Shown piece after piece: positions 1-8,943 of a stretch of 29,791 bases of DNA. A program made the position numbers and the translations under genes. A model generated the notes under the pieces. That model saw only the letters and a program-made list of their open reading frames with translations, made no database searches and was not told the origin of the DNA. The DNA comes from a bacterium (GTDB taxonomy: Bacteria > Muiribacteriota > UBA6191): positions 1 through 29,791 of the forward strand of contig JAYZAC010000147.1 in the NCBI GenBank assembly GCA_036339875.1, written 5' to 3'. Position 1 is the stretch's first letter. Each line of letters begins with the position of its first letter.

Positions 1-1242
1 TATGCCGCTCAAACAAGAATTAGTCAGAACCTCAATCATTTTCAATCGAGCAGCATTTCTATTTTTTCCCCATACCGTTAATTTAGCAATCATAGGATCA
101 TAGAAAAGTGGTATTTCTAAACCATCGCGCAAGTATGAGTCCACTCTGACGTTATGATCGGAAGCAAATTTAACGGTATCAATTATTCCAGGGGAAGGAG
201 CAAAATTTCGAAGAGGGTCCTCAGCATAAATTCTACATTCAATGGCGGCACCTTCAGACTGCTTTGCTTCTATTTGTAATTTATGTCCAAAAGCTGCTTC
301 AATTTGAAGTTTAACTAGATCAACATCCCAAGTCATTTCGGTAACAGAATGTTCGACTTGAAGTCTGGTATTCATTTCTAAAAAGAAGTACTGACCATCA
401 GTAGTTTGTAAAAACTCAAAAGTACCCAATGAATCGTATTCTAATTCCTTACAAACATTCACTAGCTTAGCTAAGAGTTCATTGGCTTCTTCATTTTTGA
501 CCACAAGTGAAGGACTTTCTTCAATTACTTTCTGATGCCTACGTTGAACAGAACATTCTCGATGACCGAAATGCCAAGCTTGGCCATGTTTATCGCCCAG
601 TATTTGAAATTCAATATGATGTCCCTTTTCTACGTATTTTTCGATAAATACAGTAGACTTTCCAAAAGAACGCTGCGCCTCAGATTTACAAATTTCTAAA
701 CTTGACGCTAGCTCATCTTCGGAGCTCACAATGCGCATTCCTTTTCCGCCACCGCCACCAGCGGCCTTAATGATAATAGGAAATCCAATTTCAGAAACTA
801 AATCAGTGATCTCGTCCGTATCCTCTACGGGGTCTACTGTACCCGGTAAGAGAGGAATTTCAAATTTCTGCATGATTCGTCTAGCAGCTACTTTATCTCC
901 AAATAAATCAATTAAATCTGGATTGGGGCCTATCCAAATTAAGCCCGCATCAATAACTTTTTTTGCAAATTCTGAATTTTCAGCTAAAAATCCATACCCT
1001 GGGTGAATCGCAATACAATTAGCATTATGTGCTATTTCAATAATTAAATCCTGACGTAAGTAGGATTCTGCTGAAGGACCTGCACCAACTCGATAAGCTT
1101 CATCAGCAAGCCTGACATGTTCACTTCCTCGGTCGGCATCCGAAAAAATAATGACCGATTTCATACCCATACTTCTCAAGGTATTCTGAATACGAATGGC
1201 GCATTCTCCTCGATTTGCTATTAATACTTTCGATATATCCAT
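1..1242 (-). CDS. accC: Biotin carboxylase subunit of an acetyl/propionyl-CoA carboxylase (3' end runs off the window)
   Basis: Absent from the ORF track because there is no stop in the window. Manual translation from ATG at 1242 gives MDISKVLIANRGECAIRI...ADEAYRVGAGPSAESYL...IHPGYGFLAENSEFA...PIIIKAAGGGGGKGMRIV...RECSVQRRHQKVIEESPS...FLEMNTRLQVEH...ECRIYAEDP, all canonical biotin carboxylase motifs. It could equally be the N-terminus of a PccA-type fusion. Confidence 0.93.
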   Translation of the reverse strand, partial: MDISKVLIANRGECAIRIQNTLRSMGMKSVIIFSDADRGSEHVRLADEAYRVGAGPSAESYLRQDLIIEIAHNANCIAIHPGYGFLAENSEFAKKVIDAGLIWIGPNPDLIDLFGDKVAARRIMQKFEIPLLPGTVDPVEDTDEITDLVSEIGFPIIIKAAGGGGGKGMRIVSSEDELASSLEICKSEAQRSFGKSTVFIEKYVEKGHHIEFQILGDKHGQAWHFGHRECSVQRRHQKVIEESPSLVVKNEEANELLAKLVNVCKELEYDSLGTFEFLQTTDGQYFFLEMNTRLQVEHSVTEMTWDVDLVKLQIEAAFGHKLQIEAKQSEGAAIECRIYAEDPLRNFAPSPGIIDTVKFASDHNVRVDSYLRDGLEIPLFYDPMIAKLTVWGKNRNAARLKMIEVLTNSCLSGI

Positions 1243-1260
1243 AAAGCTTTCTCGTCTCAG

Positions 1261-2799
1261 TTATAAGGGTATATTACCGTGCTTACGCTTTGGTCGATCT
1301 TCCGTTTTCGTAGCTAATAAATCTAAGCCATCAATTATCCTATTTCTAGTATCAGAAGGGTCTATCACCTCATCAATATAGCCTTTATCACTAGCTAGAT
1401 ATGGATTTGCAAACTGATCTTCATAGATTTCTATGAATCTTTCTCTTAGATCGGGATCCTTTTTAATATCGTTACGATATAAAATGTTAACAGCCCCTTT
1501 AGCTCCCATTACTGCTATTTCTGCATTAGGAAAAGCAAAGTTTAGATCAGCTCGAATATGTTTACTGGCCATCACATCGTAAGCACCACCATATGCCTTG
1601 CGAGTAATCACTGTAATAATGGGTACAGTGGCCTCCGAATAAGCGTACAACAACTTAGCTCCGTTGTTTATGATACCGCCGTGCTCCTGCTCAACGCCCG
1701 GTAAAAAACCTGGGACATCTACGAAGCTAATAATAGGAATGTTAAAACAATCGCAAAACCTAACAAATCTTGCCGCTTTTTTACTTGCATCATTGTCTAG
1801 AACTCCAGCCAACTCTAAAGGATTATTCCCTACTACTCCAATAGAATGTCCGTCAATGCGTGCAAATCCTACAACGATATTGGGTGCATAATATTCTTGT
1901 GATTGAATAAACTCTCCTCCATCCACTACTTCTCGTATGAGCTCCACCATGTCGTATGGCTTATTGGGATTCTCTGGTACTAACTTACGCAATGAAGGAG
2001 TTTCTCGGTAACCCTTATCTCTTGGATTCACTTTTCGGGGAGGTTTATCCCTCCAATTTGATGGCATAAACGATAGTAGATGTTTAGTATGAGCAATAGC
2101 TTCTTCTTCCCCTGAATGTCGAAAGTGAGCTACTCCAGACTTAGAAGTATGTGCCACAGCACCTCCTAAATCCTGCTGATTGATTATTTCATTAGTTACT
2201 TCTCGAATTACGTCTGGACCGGTGACAAACATATAAGAAGTTTCGTCCACCATCGAAATAAAATCCGTGATTGCCGGAGAATATACTGCACCGCCAGCAC
2301 ATGGACCCATTACTAATGAAATCTGTGGGATAACTCCGCTTGCCTGAACATTACGCCAAAATATTTCTGCATAACCTCCAAGAGAATCAACTCCCTCTTG
2401 AATCCGTGCCCCCCCACTATCATTAATTCCAACTACAGGCACCCCTAATTTAACAGCCATATCCATTACCTTACATATTTTGCCTGAATTAGCGAGACTT
2501 AGTGATCCTCCAAAAACTGTAAAATCTTGAGAAAATGCCATTACACGACGACCATTAACTGTTCCAGTACCTGCTATTAAACCGTCTCCTAGAAACTTTT
2601 GATTCTGCATATCAAATTCTGTGCAGTTGTGTGTCACGAATTTATCAAATTCTTGAAATGATCCAGGGTCAAATAAGAGGTCTATTCGTTCACGAGCAGT
2701 TCTTTTTCCTTTTTCTTTTTGTCTCGCTTTACGCTCAACTCCACCACCCTCTTCAGCCTCTTGATTCATATCGCGGAGTTTTTGTAGATGTTTATCCAT
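1261..2799 (-). CDS. pccB: Acyl-CoA (propionyl/methylmalonyl-CoA-type) carboxylase carboxyltransferase beta subunit
   Basis: 512 aa with TARERI, QDFTVFGGSL, DSGGARIQEG, GPCAGGAVYSPAITDF, VDVPGFLPG, RKAYGGAY and the C-terminal KHGNIPL. Lies directly upstream of the biotin carboxylase. Confidence 0.93.
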   Translation of the reverse strand: MDKHLQKLRDMNQEAEEGGGVERKARQKEKGKRTARERIDLLFDPGSFQEFDKFVTHNCTEFDMQNQKFLGDGLIAGTGTVNGRRVMAFSQDFTVFGGSLSLANSGKICKVMDMAVKLGVPVVGINDSGGARIQEGVDSLGGYAEIFWRNVQASGVIPQISLVMGPCAGGAVYSPAITDFISMVDETSYMFVTGPDVIREVTNEIINQQDLGGAVAHTSKSGVAHFRHSGEEEAIAHTKHLLSFMPSNWRDKPPRKVNPRDKGYRETPSLRKLVPENPNKPYDMVELIREVVDGGEFIQSQEYYAPNIVVGFARIDGHSIGVVGNNPLELAGVLDNDASKKAARFVRFCDCFNIPIISFVDVPGFLPGVEQEHGGIINNGAKLLYAYSEATVPIITVITRKAYGGAYDVMASKHIRADLNFAFPNAEIAVMGAKGAVNILYRNDIKKDPDLRERFIEIYEDQFANPYLASDKGYIDEVIDPSDTRNRIIDGLDLLATKTEDRPKRKHGNIPL

Positions 2800-2815
2800 A
2801 AACAGTCTTCCATTT

Positions 2816-2879
2816 CAGTAATATTGCAGGAGGTTACAGTAATATCCTTAGTATACTTAAAACAGTTCCCAAGGGCCAA
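2816..2879 (-). promoter_or_regulatory. Putative sigma70 promoter for pccB-accC with a direct-repeat operator
   Basis: Minus strand reads TTGGCC (2879-2874), 18 bp, TATACT (2855-2850), followed by two ATATTACTG copies (2845-2837 and 2824-2816). Confidence 0.45.
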
Positions 2880-2890
2880 GTTTAGTAGAG

Positions 2891-4441
2891 TTATAAAAGA
2901 CGCATTAAGTTGTACTTATCAGTTAGAACAATATTGTCTTTATTTGCTAATTCTTTAGCCTCATCAGTAAAATTCCCGGCACACAAAAAATGTGCCCTGG
3001 AGGCTTCCATACGATCACGTTTATCGATAATATCAGCCATCGCAATTGCACCGATCACTGCAGCGGGTTTGTAAAAATATACTAACCAACGCATATCATC
3101 TTTATCTACGGCAAGGAAAAGCGCCTCATTCCTATTATCTGCCAAATTTTTATCTGCTACTAAACCTAGTTTTTTACAAATACGGTTGCAAGACTGAACA
3201 AAAACCTCATAGGGTGATGTACTAAAATCAAGAGGTGTTTTAGGACTGTAAAAATCAAATCTGGCTGCAAGTCTTTCATTATCTCGGATAGTCTGTACTA
3301 GTTTTCTTTGAGCTAATTCTTCAAGTTTTCCCAATACAAGAATAGGTAAATGATTTGGAAAAAAAATATCGATATTCAAATCTTTTTTTATCTCATGGTT
3401 AAAATGTCCTCCCCACTTATACTTTTCATAAATAGCAACGACATCGTGTAGTTCTTCACTGATCAAAAGTTCTTTAGAGATAACTTTTAAAATTTGATCA
3501 CAGCTTTTGTAGTATGCATCAATTCTACAAAGCTCCTGAAAGGCATATTTTGCCTCACTAAAATCATCCTTTAACAAATAGGCACCACCTAGGTGATAAA
3601 GAAACTCTTTTTTTTCATCGAAATATATGTCAGTAAGATTAGCACCACGGTTGAAATATCCTACCAAGCGGTCGAGATCCTCTGAAGTTAACTCAGCTTT
3701 TTGTAGAACCTCATAACCTTTGAAAAATAAAATATCTTTAAGATATATAGGACTCTCTTCATTTAGTATCTGACCAAAATAGTTTGAAGCCTCTTCCATA
3801 GAATTGTTGTCATAACTTATTTTACCCAATAAAAATTTTGCATTAACTGAAAACTCAGGTTCATGCTCAACTTTTCTTAGTGGAATAAATGCTTCATCAC
3901 GTTCATTCATAGCAATGAGGCATAGAGCTTTATAGTAATGACATCTGGGCTGATCTGATTTAAAGGCTACGGACTCATCGAAGTAAACAATTGCCTCCGC
4001 GTATCGCCTCTGAACCATATAAAGCTCACCCAGATAATAAAATAATCTACTTGTTTTATATCCTGTTCTAATTAAAAGTAAAAAATTCTCCCAACTATCC
4101 TTATAGCGCCCACTAGCATATTGAATTTCAGCCATACGCATTAAACTATCTAGACCTAATTTATCAAAGGGGTCAGCTAATGCGATCTGTAAGCTTTTCA
4201 AATAATAAACAGATTTATCCATCATTCCCTGAGATTCATAAAGCTTACTGAGTTCAATTAATGAATGAGCATGAAGTGGATCATTATTAATTGCCTTCAG
4301 AAAAAACTCCTCAGCACCCGATGGGTTGCGCTTACTCAATGCTTCAATACCCTTTTTATATTGCTCCTGAGCAGGATTATTGGACATGACTGCATAAACA
4401 ACGTAGATGATTGGGAGCAGTGCTAGTAAAACGGGATCCAT
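2891..4441 (-). CDS. Membrane-anchored TPR protein with a C-terminal degenerate Mrr-like (restriction endonuclease fold) domain
   Basis: N-terminal hydrophobic segment (VLLALLPIIYVVYAVM), then multiple TPR-like helix pairs (FYYLGELYMVQRRYAEAIVYF, FLYHLGGAYLLKDDFSEAKYAF). The C-terminus RWLV...VIG...ASRAHFLCAGNFTDEAKELA...IVLTDKYNLMRLL matches the Mrr_cat pattern. Confidence 0.7.
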   Translation of the reverse strand: MDPVLLALLPIIYVVYAVMSNNPAQEQYKKGIEALSKRNPSGAEEFFLKAINNDPLHAHSLIELSKLYESQGMMDKSVYYLKSLQIALADPFDKLGLDSLMRMAEIQYASGRYKDSWENFLLLIRTGYKTSRLFYYLGELYMVQRRYAEAIVYFDESVAFKSDQPRCHYYKALCLIAMNERDEAFIPLRKVEHEPEFSVNAKFLLGKISYDNNSMEEASNYFGQILNEESPIYLKDILFFKGYEVLQKAELTSEDLDRLVGYFNRGANLTDIYFDEKKEFLYHLGGAYLLKDDFSEAKYAFQELCRIDAYYKSCDQILKVISKELLISEELHDVVAIYEKYKWGGHFNHEIKKDLNIDIFFPNHLPILVLGKLEELAQRKLVQTIRDNERLAARFDFYSPKTPLDFSTSPYEVFVQSCNRICKKLGLVADKNLADNRNEALFLAVDKDDMRWLVYFYKPAAVIGAIAMADIIDKRDRMEASRAHFLCAGNFTDEAKELANKDNIVLTDKYNLMRLL

Positions 4442-4484
4442 ATGAGTTTTCCTAATTTTTTTGAAGACTATAGTATAAACTTAA

Positions 4485-4724
4485 CTAAGGGCTTACAAGA
4501 TTACTGCCGTCCTCAAATTCATCATCATTCGCTGTAGCTAACCGAATTTTATTTTCAGCATCTTTTAGCCTTAAAGCGCAATGATCATGAAGCTTTTTAC
4601 CTCTTTCGAATGCTGCTACGGCATCTTTGAGCTTGATATTTCGATCCTCTAGTGAGGATACAATTTCTTCCAACTCTTCGAGGGCCTCCTCGAATTCCAT
4701 CTTATCTACAACTTTAGCTTTCAT
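4485..4724 (-). CDS. xseB: Exodeoxyribonuclease VII small subunit
   Basis: FEEALEELEEIVSSLE...LKDAVAAFERGKKLHDHCALRLKDAENKI; overlaps the end of xseA. Confidence 0.95.
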   Translation of the reverse strand: MKAKVVDKMEFEEALEELEEIVSSLEDRNIKLKDAVAAFERGKKLHDHCALRLKDAENKIRLATANDDEFEDGSNLVSP

Positions 4725-6198
4725 TTTTATTCTCCATTTCCTTTGAAACTATCTTTGCTGATAGTTCTCCATCTTGCATCAGCAATCGAATATTATCCCC
4801 TGTTGATAATTCATCTAAACAAACAGCAATTCGATCATCCTTTTTGACCATGGCATATCCCTTTGACAAAATCTGCTTAGGGTCACTTAGTGTTAATTCA
4901 TTCATTAACAATTTTAATTGGTCATTCTTGTAACGCAAAAGATCTGTACTTAGCGTTTTAAGACGGACGTCAGAATCATTTAATCTTTTCTGAACAATAT
5001 CAATTTTTGAAAGTGTAGTCCTCGCAATACGGGATAATTTGACAGAATCTAAACGCATGGACGAGTTCTGACATAAACTATTAATTGCTCGACCAAGGAT
5101 ATGACGGATTGGTGTGAAACGTTTAAAGTTTTGAAATCTGCTGGTAAGCTGAATTTCTATACCACTTTTTAGGCCTAATGAAGTGTAATCAAGATCTTGA
5201 TGATAACGTTCAAGATAATGATTTAATTTTCTTGCTAGGACCTGCAAAGAGGACTTCTCAAGATTCTGTTTTTCGAAATTAAATAGAGTGGAAAGTTCCT
5301 GTCGCATGCGAACCAATCTCTCCTGTAAATACAAGCGCCATGATTCAATTTCAGGAACGGCTAACTCTGCAGCAACGCTCGGAGTTGCTGCCCTAACATC
5401 CGACACAAAATCAGCAAGAGTAAAGTCCGTTTCGTGGCCAACAGCAGAAATTACCGGCACTCTACTCTCGTAAATTGCTTCTACCACAGCATCCTCATTG
5501 AAAGCCCATAGATCTTCTAACGAGCCCCCACCTCGACCGATTATAATTAGGTCTAAATCATCTCTATGACCTATTCTCTTTAATGATGAAGCTATTTCTA
5601 ATTCAGCACCCGGACCCTGAACTTTTACTGGATAAATATCTAACTTCAAACCTATTGAACAACGGCGATTGATTACCCGGAGCATATCTTGAATAACTGC
5701 TCCTGTAGGTGAGGTTATAATGGCTATATTTTGTGGAAACTCAGGTAATTTGCGCTTTCGATCCTCACTAAAATAACCCAGCTTTTCAAACTTCAGCTTA
5801 CGCCGCTCAAATTCTAAATGAAGGTTACCCAGTCCTGCTGGATAAATACTGGTAACACTTAACTGATAAGCACCGCGAGGTTCATAGACGCGTAATGAAC
5901 CTCCCAAAACTACTTGCATACCATTATCTAGCGGAAGTTTTATTCTTGCAGCCGCGGAACGCCAGAGTACACATGAGAGACTTGCATGCCTATCTTTCAA
6001 ACTGAAGTATATATGACCAGAACTTTGACGAGATAAATTGGAAACCTCTCCCATCACCTGAACTGTGGGAAATCTCGACTCCAATTGAATTTTAATAAAA
6101 CGGGTCAATTCCATTACGGATAAAACACCCGACTCTTTGTTACCTATCTTGGATTGAGTTTGACTTTCGATATTAGAAAAAGATTTCACTGGCGACAT
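4714..6198 (-). CDS. xseA: Exodeoxyribonuclease VII large subunit
   Basis: VMGEVSN, SGHIYFSLKD, IAIITSPTGAVIQD, IIGRGGGSLEDLWAFN, ISAVGHETDFTLADFVSDVRAATPS, P..ILSKGYA. The ORF is open to a TTG at 6222; the first ATG (6198) is used here and the start is uncertain. Confidence 0.95.
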   Translation of the reverse strand: MSPVKSFSNIESQTQSKIGNKESGVLSVMELTRFIKIQLESRFPTVQVMGEVSNLSRQSSGHIYFSLKDRHASLSCVLWRSAAARIKLPLDNGMQVVLGGSLRVYEPRGAYQLSVTSIYPAGLGNLHLEFERRKLKFEKLGYFSEDRKRKLPEFPQNIAIITSPTGAVIQDMLRVINRRCSIGLKLDIYPVKVQGPGAELEIASSLKRIGHRDDLDLIIIGRGGGSLEDLWAFNEDAVVEAIYESRVPVISAVGHETDFTLADFVSDVRAATPSVAAELAVPEIESWRLYLQERLVRMRQELSTLFNFEKQNLEKSSLQVLARKLNHYLERYHQDLDYTSLGLKSGIEIQLTSRFQNFKRFTPIRHILGRAINSLCQNSSMRLDSVKLSRIARTTLSKIDIVQKRLNDSDVRLKTLSTDLLRYKNDQLKLLMNELTLSDPKQILSKGYAMVKKDDRIAVCLDELSTGDNIRLLMQDGELSAKIVSKEMENKNES

Positions 6199-6323
6199 AA
6201 AGTCTATTCTGACAGTTTTCAATGTTTTTGCAAAGAAAATGTAAGCTTCGATTCACGGTAACATTAATTTACCTTCATTAACTTGAACTACCCAGGCAGT
6301 CCGATATGTGAGATAATGTATCA

Positions 6324-6788
6324 ATGGAAGTACTGGTAGTACTGACATATTTCGTATCTATTTGCTACAACCTAGCACTCAATTTTTCTCAATTCAATCG
6401 CATCAATTCGTGCGCTAGTTTCGAGGATTATAGTGCCGCCCGTCACAAAAAAGACTACATCCCTAACGGCGAATTACTTAGTTCCCTCTATATTATAGCT
6501 TTTGTTGGATTCACCCCGATGCTTTTCACCAAAATGAGTGCATTTAATAAATTCTTGGTGGTTGCTTATATGCTATATCTTACTCATCGATTCTGCGCTT
6601 CTTTCCTCAAAGCTGTCGGAATTAGACGCAATCTTGATATCGAAGAAGACTTTCCCGGCCTAAAGCAAGAGCTTTCGATTATGGATGAGATGCTCAACGT
6701 CAAAGCTTTACTGCTTTTAGAACCTATGTTTTATGTAGTCCTTGAGGGAACATTCTTACTGATATCTATATTCATCTATTTTTTCTAA
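6324..6788 (+). CDS. Hypothetical membrane protein (about 4 hydrophobic segments)
   Basis: 154-aa ATG-initiated ORF that fills the gap between xseA and the tuf terminator. Several hydrophobic stretches; no motif recognised. Confidence 0.65.
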   Translation: MEVLVVLTYFVSICYNLALNFSQFNRINSCASFEDYSAARHKKDYIPNGELLSSLYIIAFVGFTPMLFTKMSAFNKFLVVAYMLYLTHRFCASFLKAVGIRRNLDIEEDFPGLKQELSIMDEMLNVKALLLLEPMFYVVLEGTFLLISIFIYFF

Positions 6789-6822
6789 AAAATATTCACA
6801 TCAATAGTGAATTGAGCCAAAT

Positions 6823-6858
6823 AAAAAAAAATCGCACCCCCAAATTATGGAGATGCGA
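6823..6858 (-). terminator. Rho-independent terminator of tuf
   Basis: Minus strand reads TCGCATCTCCA-TAATT-TGGGGGTGCGA (11-bp stem with 2 G.U pairs) followed by T9, about 40 nt after the tuf stop. Confidence 0.88.
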
Positions 6859-6895
6859 CTAATATCTATTAGGACAATAACGTCCCTACCGTTAA

Positions 6896-8089
6896 CTATT
6901 CACTAATAGCAGTTACTACACCAGCACCAACTGTACGACCACCTTCGCGAATCGCAAATCGAAGCTCAGTTTCCATAGCAACGGGCGTATGCAAAGTAAC
7001 ATCCATTTCGATGTTATCACCAGGCATTACCATTTCTACGTTCGCTGGCAATTGAATATCACCTGTAACGTCAGTAGTTCTAAAGTAGAATTGAGGACGA
7101 TAACCCTTGAAAAATGGAGTGTGTCTTCCACCCTCTTCCTTGGAAAGGATATAAGCCTTACAAGAGAATTTCTGGTGAGGAGTTACCGATCCAGGCTTAC
7201 AAAGAACTTGTCCGCGCTCGATATTATCTTTATCAACACCACGAAGCAAAAGGCCCACATTATCACCGGCGCGACCTTCGTCAAGTAGCTTTCGGAACAT
7301 TTCTACTCCCGTACAAGTTGTGGTTTGAGTTTCAGTACCCATTCCAACGATTTCTAATGCATCACCAACTTTGACGATACCACGTTCCACACGGCCTGTA
7401 GCAACAGTACCACGACCAGTAATCGAGAAAACATCTTCGACAGGCATCAAGAAGTCCTTATCAATATCTCGCTCTGGTTCAGGGATGTACTCATCAACAG
7501 CCGCCATTAACTTTGCAACTGAATCTTCACCGATTTCAGATGTATCACCTTCGAGAGCTTTTAGAGCTGAACCGCTGATAACTGGAATATCATCCCCAGG
7601 GAACTCGTATGAACTCAATAGTTCTCTAACTTCCATTTCAACTAGCTCCATTAACTCTGGATCATCAACTTGATCAGCCTTATTCAAGTAAACAACAATA
7701 AAAGGTACGTTTACCTGACGAGCCAGCAGAATGTGCTCTCGAGTTTGAGGCATAGGACCGTCCGCCGCAGAAACAACCAAAATAGCTCCGTCCATCTGCG
7801 CAGCACCTGTAATCATGTTTTTGACATAGTCAGCGTGACCAGGACAATCAACGTGAGCATAGTGCCTATTCTCAGTCTCATACTCCACGTGGGAAGTATT
7901 AATGGTTATACCGCGAGCCTTTTCTTCAGGGGCATTATCAATCTGATCATAAGCGCGTAATTCGGCGCCGCCCGCTTTGGCTAGTACAGCTGTGATAGCA
8001 GCAGTTAATGTAGTCTTACCGTGGTCAACGTGACCAATTGTACCCACATTCAAGTGGGGTTTATTTCTTTCAAATTTCTCTTTGGCCAT
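6896..8089 (-). CDS. tuf: Elongation factor Tu
   Basis: MAKEKFER...[52 protein letters not shown] Shine-Dalgarno at 8098-8094. Confidence 0.99.
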   Translation of the reverse strand: MAKEKFERNKPHLNVGTIGHVDHGKTTLTAAITAVLAKAGGAELRAYDQIDNAPEEKARGITINTSHVEYETENRHYAHVDCPGHADYVKNMITGAAQMDGAILVVSAADGPMPQTREHILLARQVNVPFIVVYLNKADQVDDPELMELVEMEVRELLSSYEFPGDDIPVISGSALKALEGDTSEIGEDSVAKLMAAVDEYIPEPERDIDKDFLMPVEDVFSITGRGTVATGRVERGIVKVGDALEIVGMGTETQTTTCTGVEMFRKLLDEGRAGDNVGLLLRGVDKDNIERGQVLCKPGSVTPHQKFSCKAYILSKEEGGRHTPFFKGYRPQFYFRTTDVTGDIQLPANVEMVMPGDNIEMDVTLHTPVAMETELRFAIREGGRTVGAGVVTAISE

Positions 8090-8157
8090 GGTTCCTCCAA
8101 AACAAACCTTTACAGAAAGCCTTTACTTCGTGTTCTTATCACAAATACAATACATCA

Positions 8158-8229
8158 AGCCCACAATGGGAATTGAACCCATGACCTCACCCTTACCAAG
8201 GGTGTGCTCTACCTCTGAGCCATGTGGGC
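8158..8229 (-). tRNA. tRNA-Thr(GGT), CCA not encoded
   Basis: Reverse complement is GCCCACATGGCTCAGAGGTAGAGCACACCCTTGGTAAGGGTGAGGTCATGGGTTCAATTCCCATTGTGGGCT. Acceptor stem GCCCACA/TGTGGGC, anticodon arm CACCC-TT GGT AA-GGGTG, T loop GTTCAAT. Confidence 0.97.
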
Positions 8230-8277
8230 GTTAGCGTAAAAACCTGCTCATATGAACAGGCTTTCAAACAATAAACA

Positions 8278-8360
8278 TGGGGAGAGAAGGATTCGAACCT
8301 TCGTAGGAATAATCCGACGGATTTACAGTCCGTTGCCATTGGCCACTAGGCGACCTCCCC
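8278..8360 (-). tRNA. tRNA-Tyr(GTA), CCA not encoded
   Basis: Reverse complement is GGGGAGGTCGCCTAGTGGCCAATGGCAACGGACTGTAAATCCGTCGGATTATTCCTACGAAGGTTCGAATCCTTCTCTCCCCA. Anticodon arm ACGGA-CT GTA AA-TCCGT, long variable arm, T loop GTTCGAAT. Confidence 0.97.
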
Positions 8361-8373
8361 GATTGAGCTTGAA

Positions 8374-8414
8374 ATACTACCTCCCAGAGCTAGTACTGTC
8401 AAAGACTTTTTTTT
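8374..8414 (-). promoter_or_regulatory. sigma70 promoter for the tRNA-Tyr/tRNA-Thr/tuf unit, with upstream A-tract
   Basis: Minus strand reads TTGACA (8402-8397), 17 bp, TAGTAT (8379-8374), 13 nt before tRNA-Tyr. An A8 tract lies just upstream of the -35 (UP-element-like). Confidence 0.82.
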
Positions 8415-8494
8415 CGCGCTTCAGACTGGCTCTGATATGGCATAAATACTAGATCTGAGCTTCAACCGACATTAATGAAATATTTCCAACTATT

Positions 8495-8866
8495 TTAAGT
8501 CTTAGAATCGTCAGTTGACGAGCTACTTGAACCCTTCGTCGTATCACTTGATGAATCGCTGTTCGATCCACCCGTAGAATCGTCACTTTTAATTGCAGAC
8601 GAAGAATTCTCATCAGATTTCTTTGACTTTGTCGATGAATCGCTTGCTGCTTCTTTTTCATTTTTGGCAGCAGCTTCATAATCAGAGCCTCGATATTCCG
8701 TACTATAAAAACCGTCACCCTTGAAAATCATACCAGCAGGAAAAATTTTCCGTCGAAGTGCTTCTGCACCACATTGAGGACACTTGGTAAGAGGGTCTGC
8801 CTTAATGCTCTGCATTACTTCGGTTTCAAAGTGGCAGTTTTGGCACTGATATTCATAAAATGGCAT
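8495..8866 (-). CDS. FmdB-family zinc-ribbon protein with Ser/Asp/Lys-rich tail
   Basis: MPFYEYQCQNC...PLTKCPQCG...FKGDGFYSTEY, the CxxC...CxxC FmdB pattern; GGAG Shine-Dalgarno upstream. Confidence 0.9.
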   Translation of the reverse strand: MPFYEYQCQNCHFETEVMQSIKADPLTKCPQCGAEALRRKIFPAGMIFKGDGFYSTEYRGSDYEAAAKNEKEAASDSSTKSKKSDENSSSAIKSDDSTGGSNSDSSSDTTKGSSSSSTDDSKT

Positions 8867-8943
8867 ATTTTCTCCGATATTGAGGGCCTGATAAATAGCA
8901 CAGTCTCGAGATAACTATCAAGGGTTAATTAAAAAAGTCCCTA

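Noticed and set aside
731..1891. Plus-strand ORFs 731-1006, 1196-1381 and 1664-1891
   Set aside because: They are antisense shadows of the biotin carboxylase and pccB genes.
6989..7960. Chain of plus-strand ORFs opposite tuf
   Set aside because: They are antisense shadows typical of a highly biased, conserved gene.
8158..8360. tRNAs as a possible integration site for an island
   Set aside because: No integrase and no duplicated tRNA 3' end were noticed, and the flanking genes are housekeeping.
8252..8718. ORFs 8252-8452 (+) and 8449-8718 (-)
   Set aside because: The first is antisense to tRNA-Tyr and its promoter; the second is an alternative frame of the FmdB-like gene.
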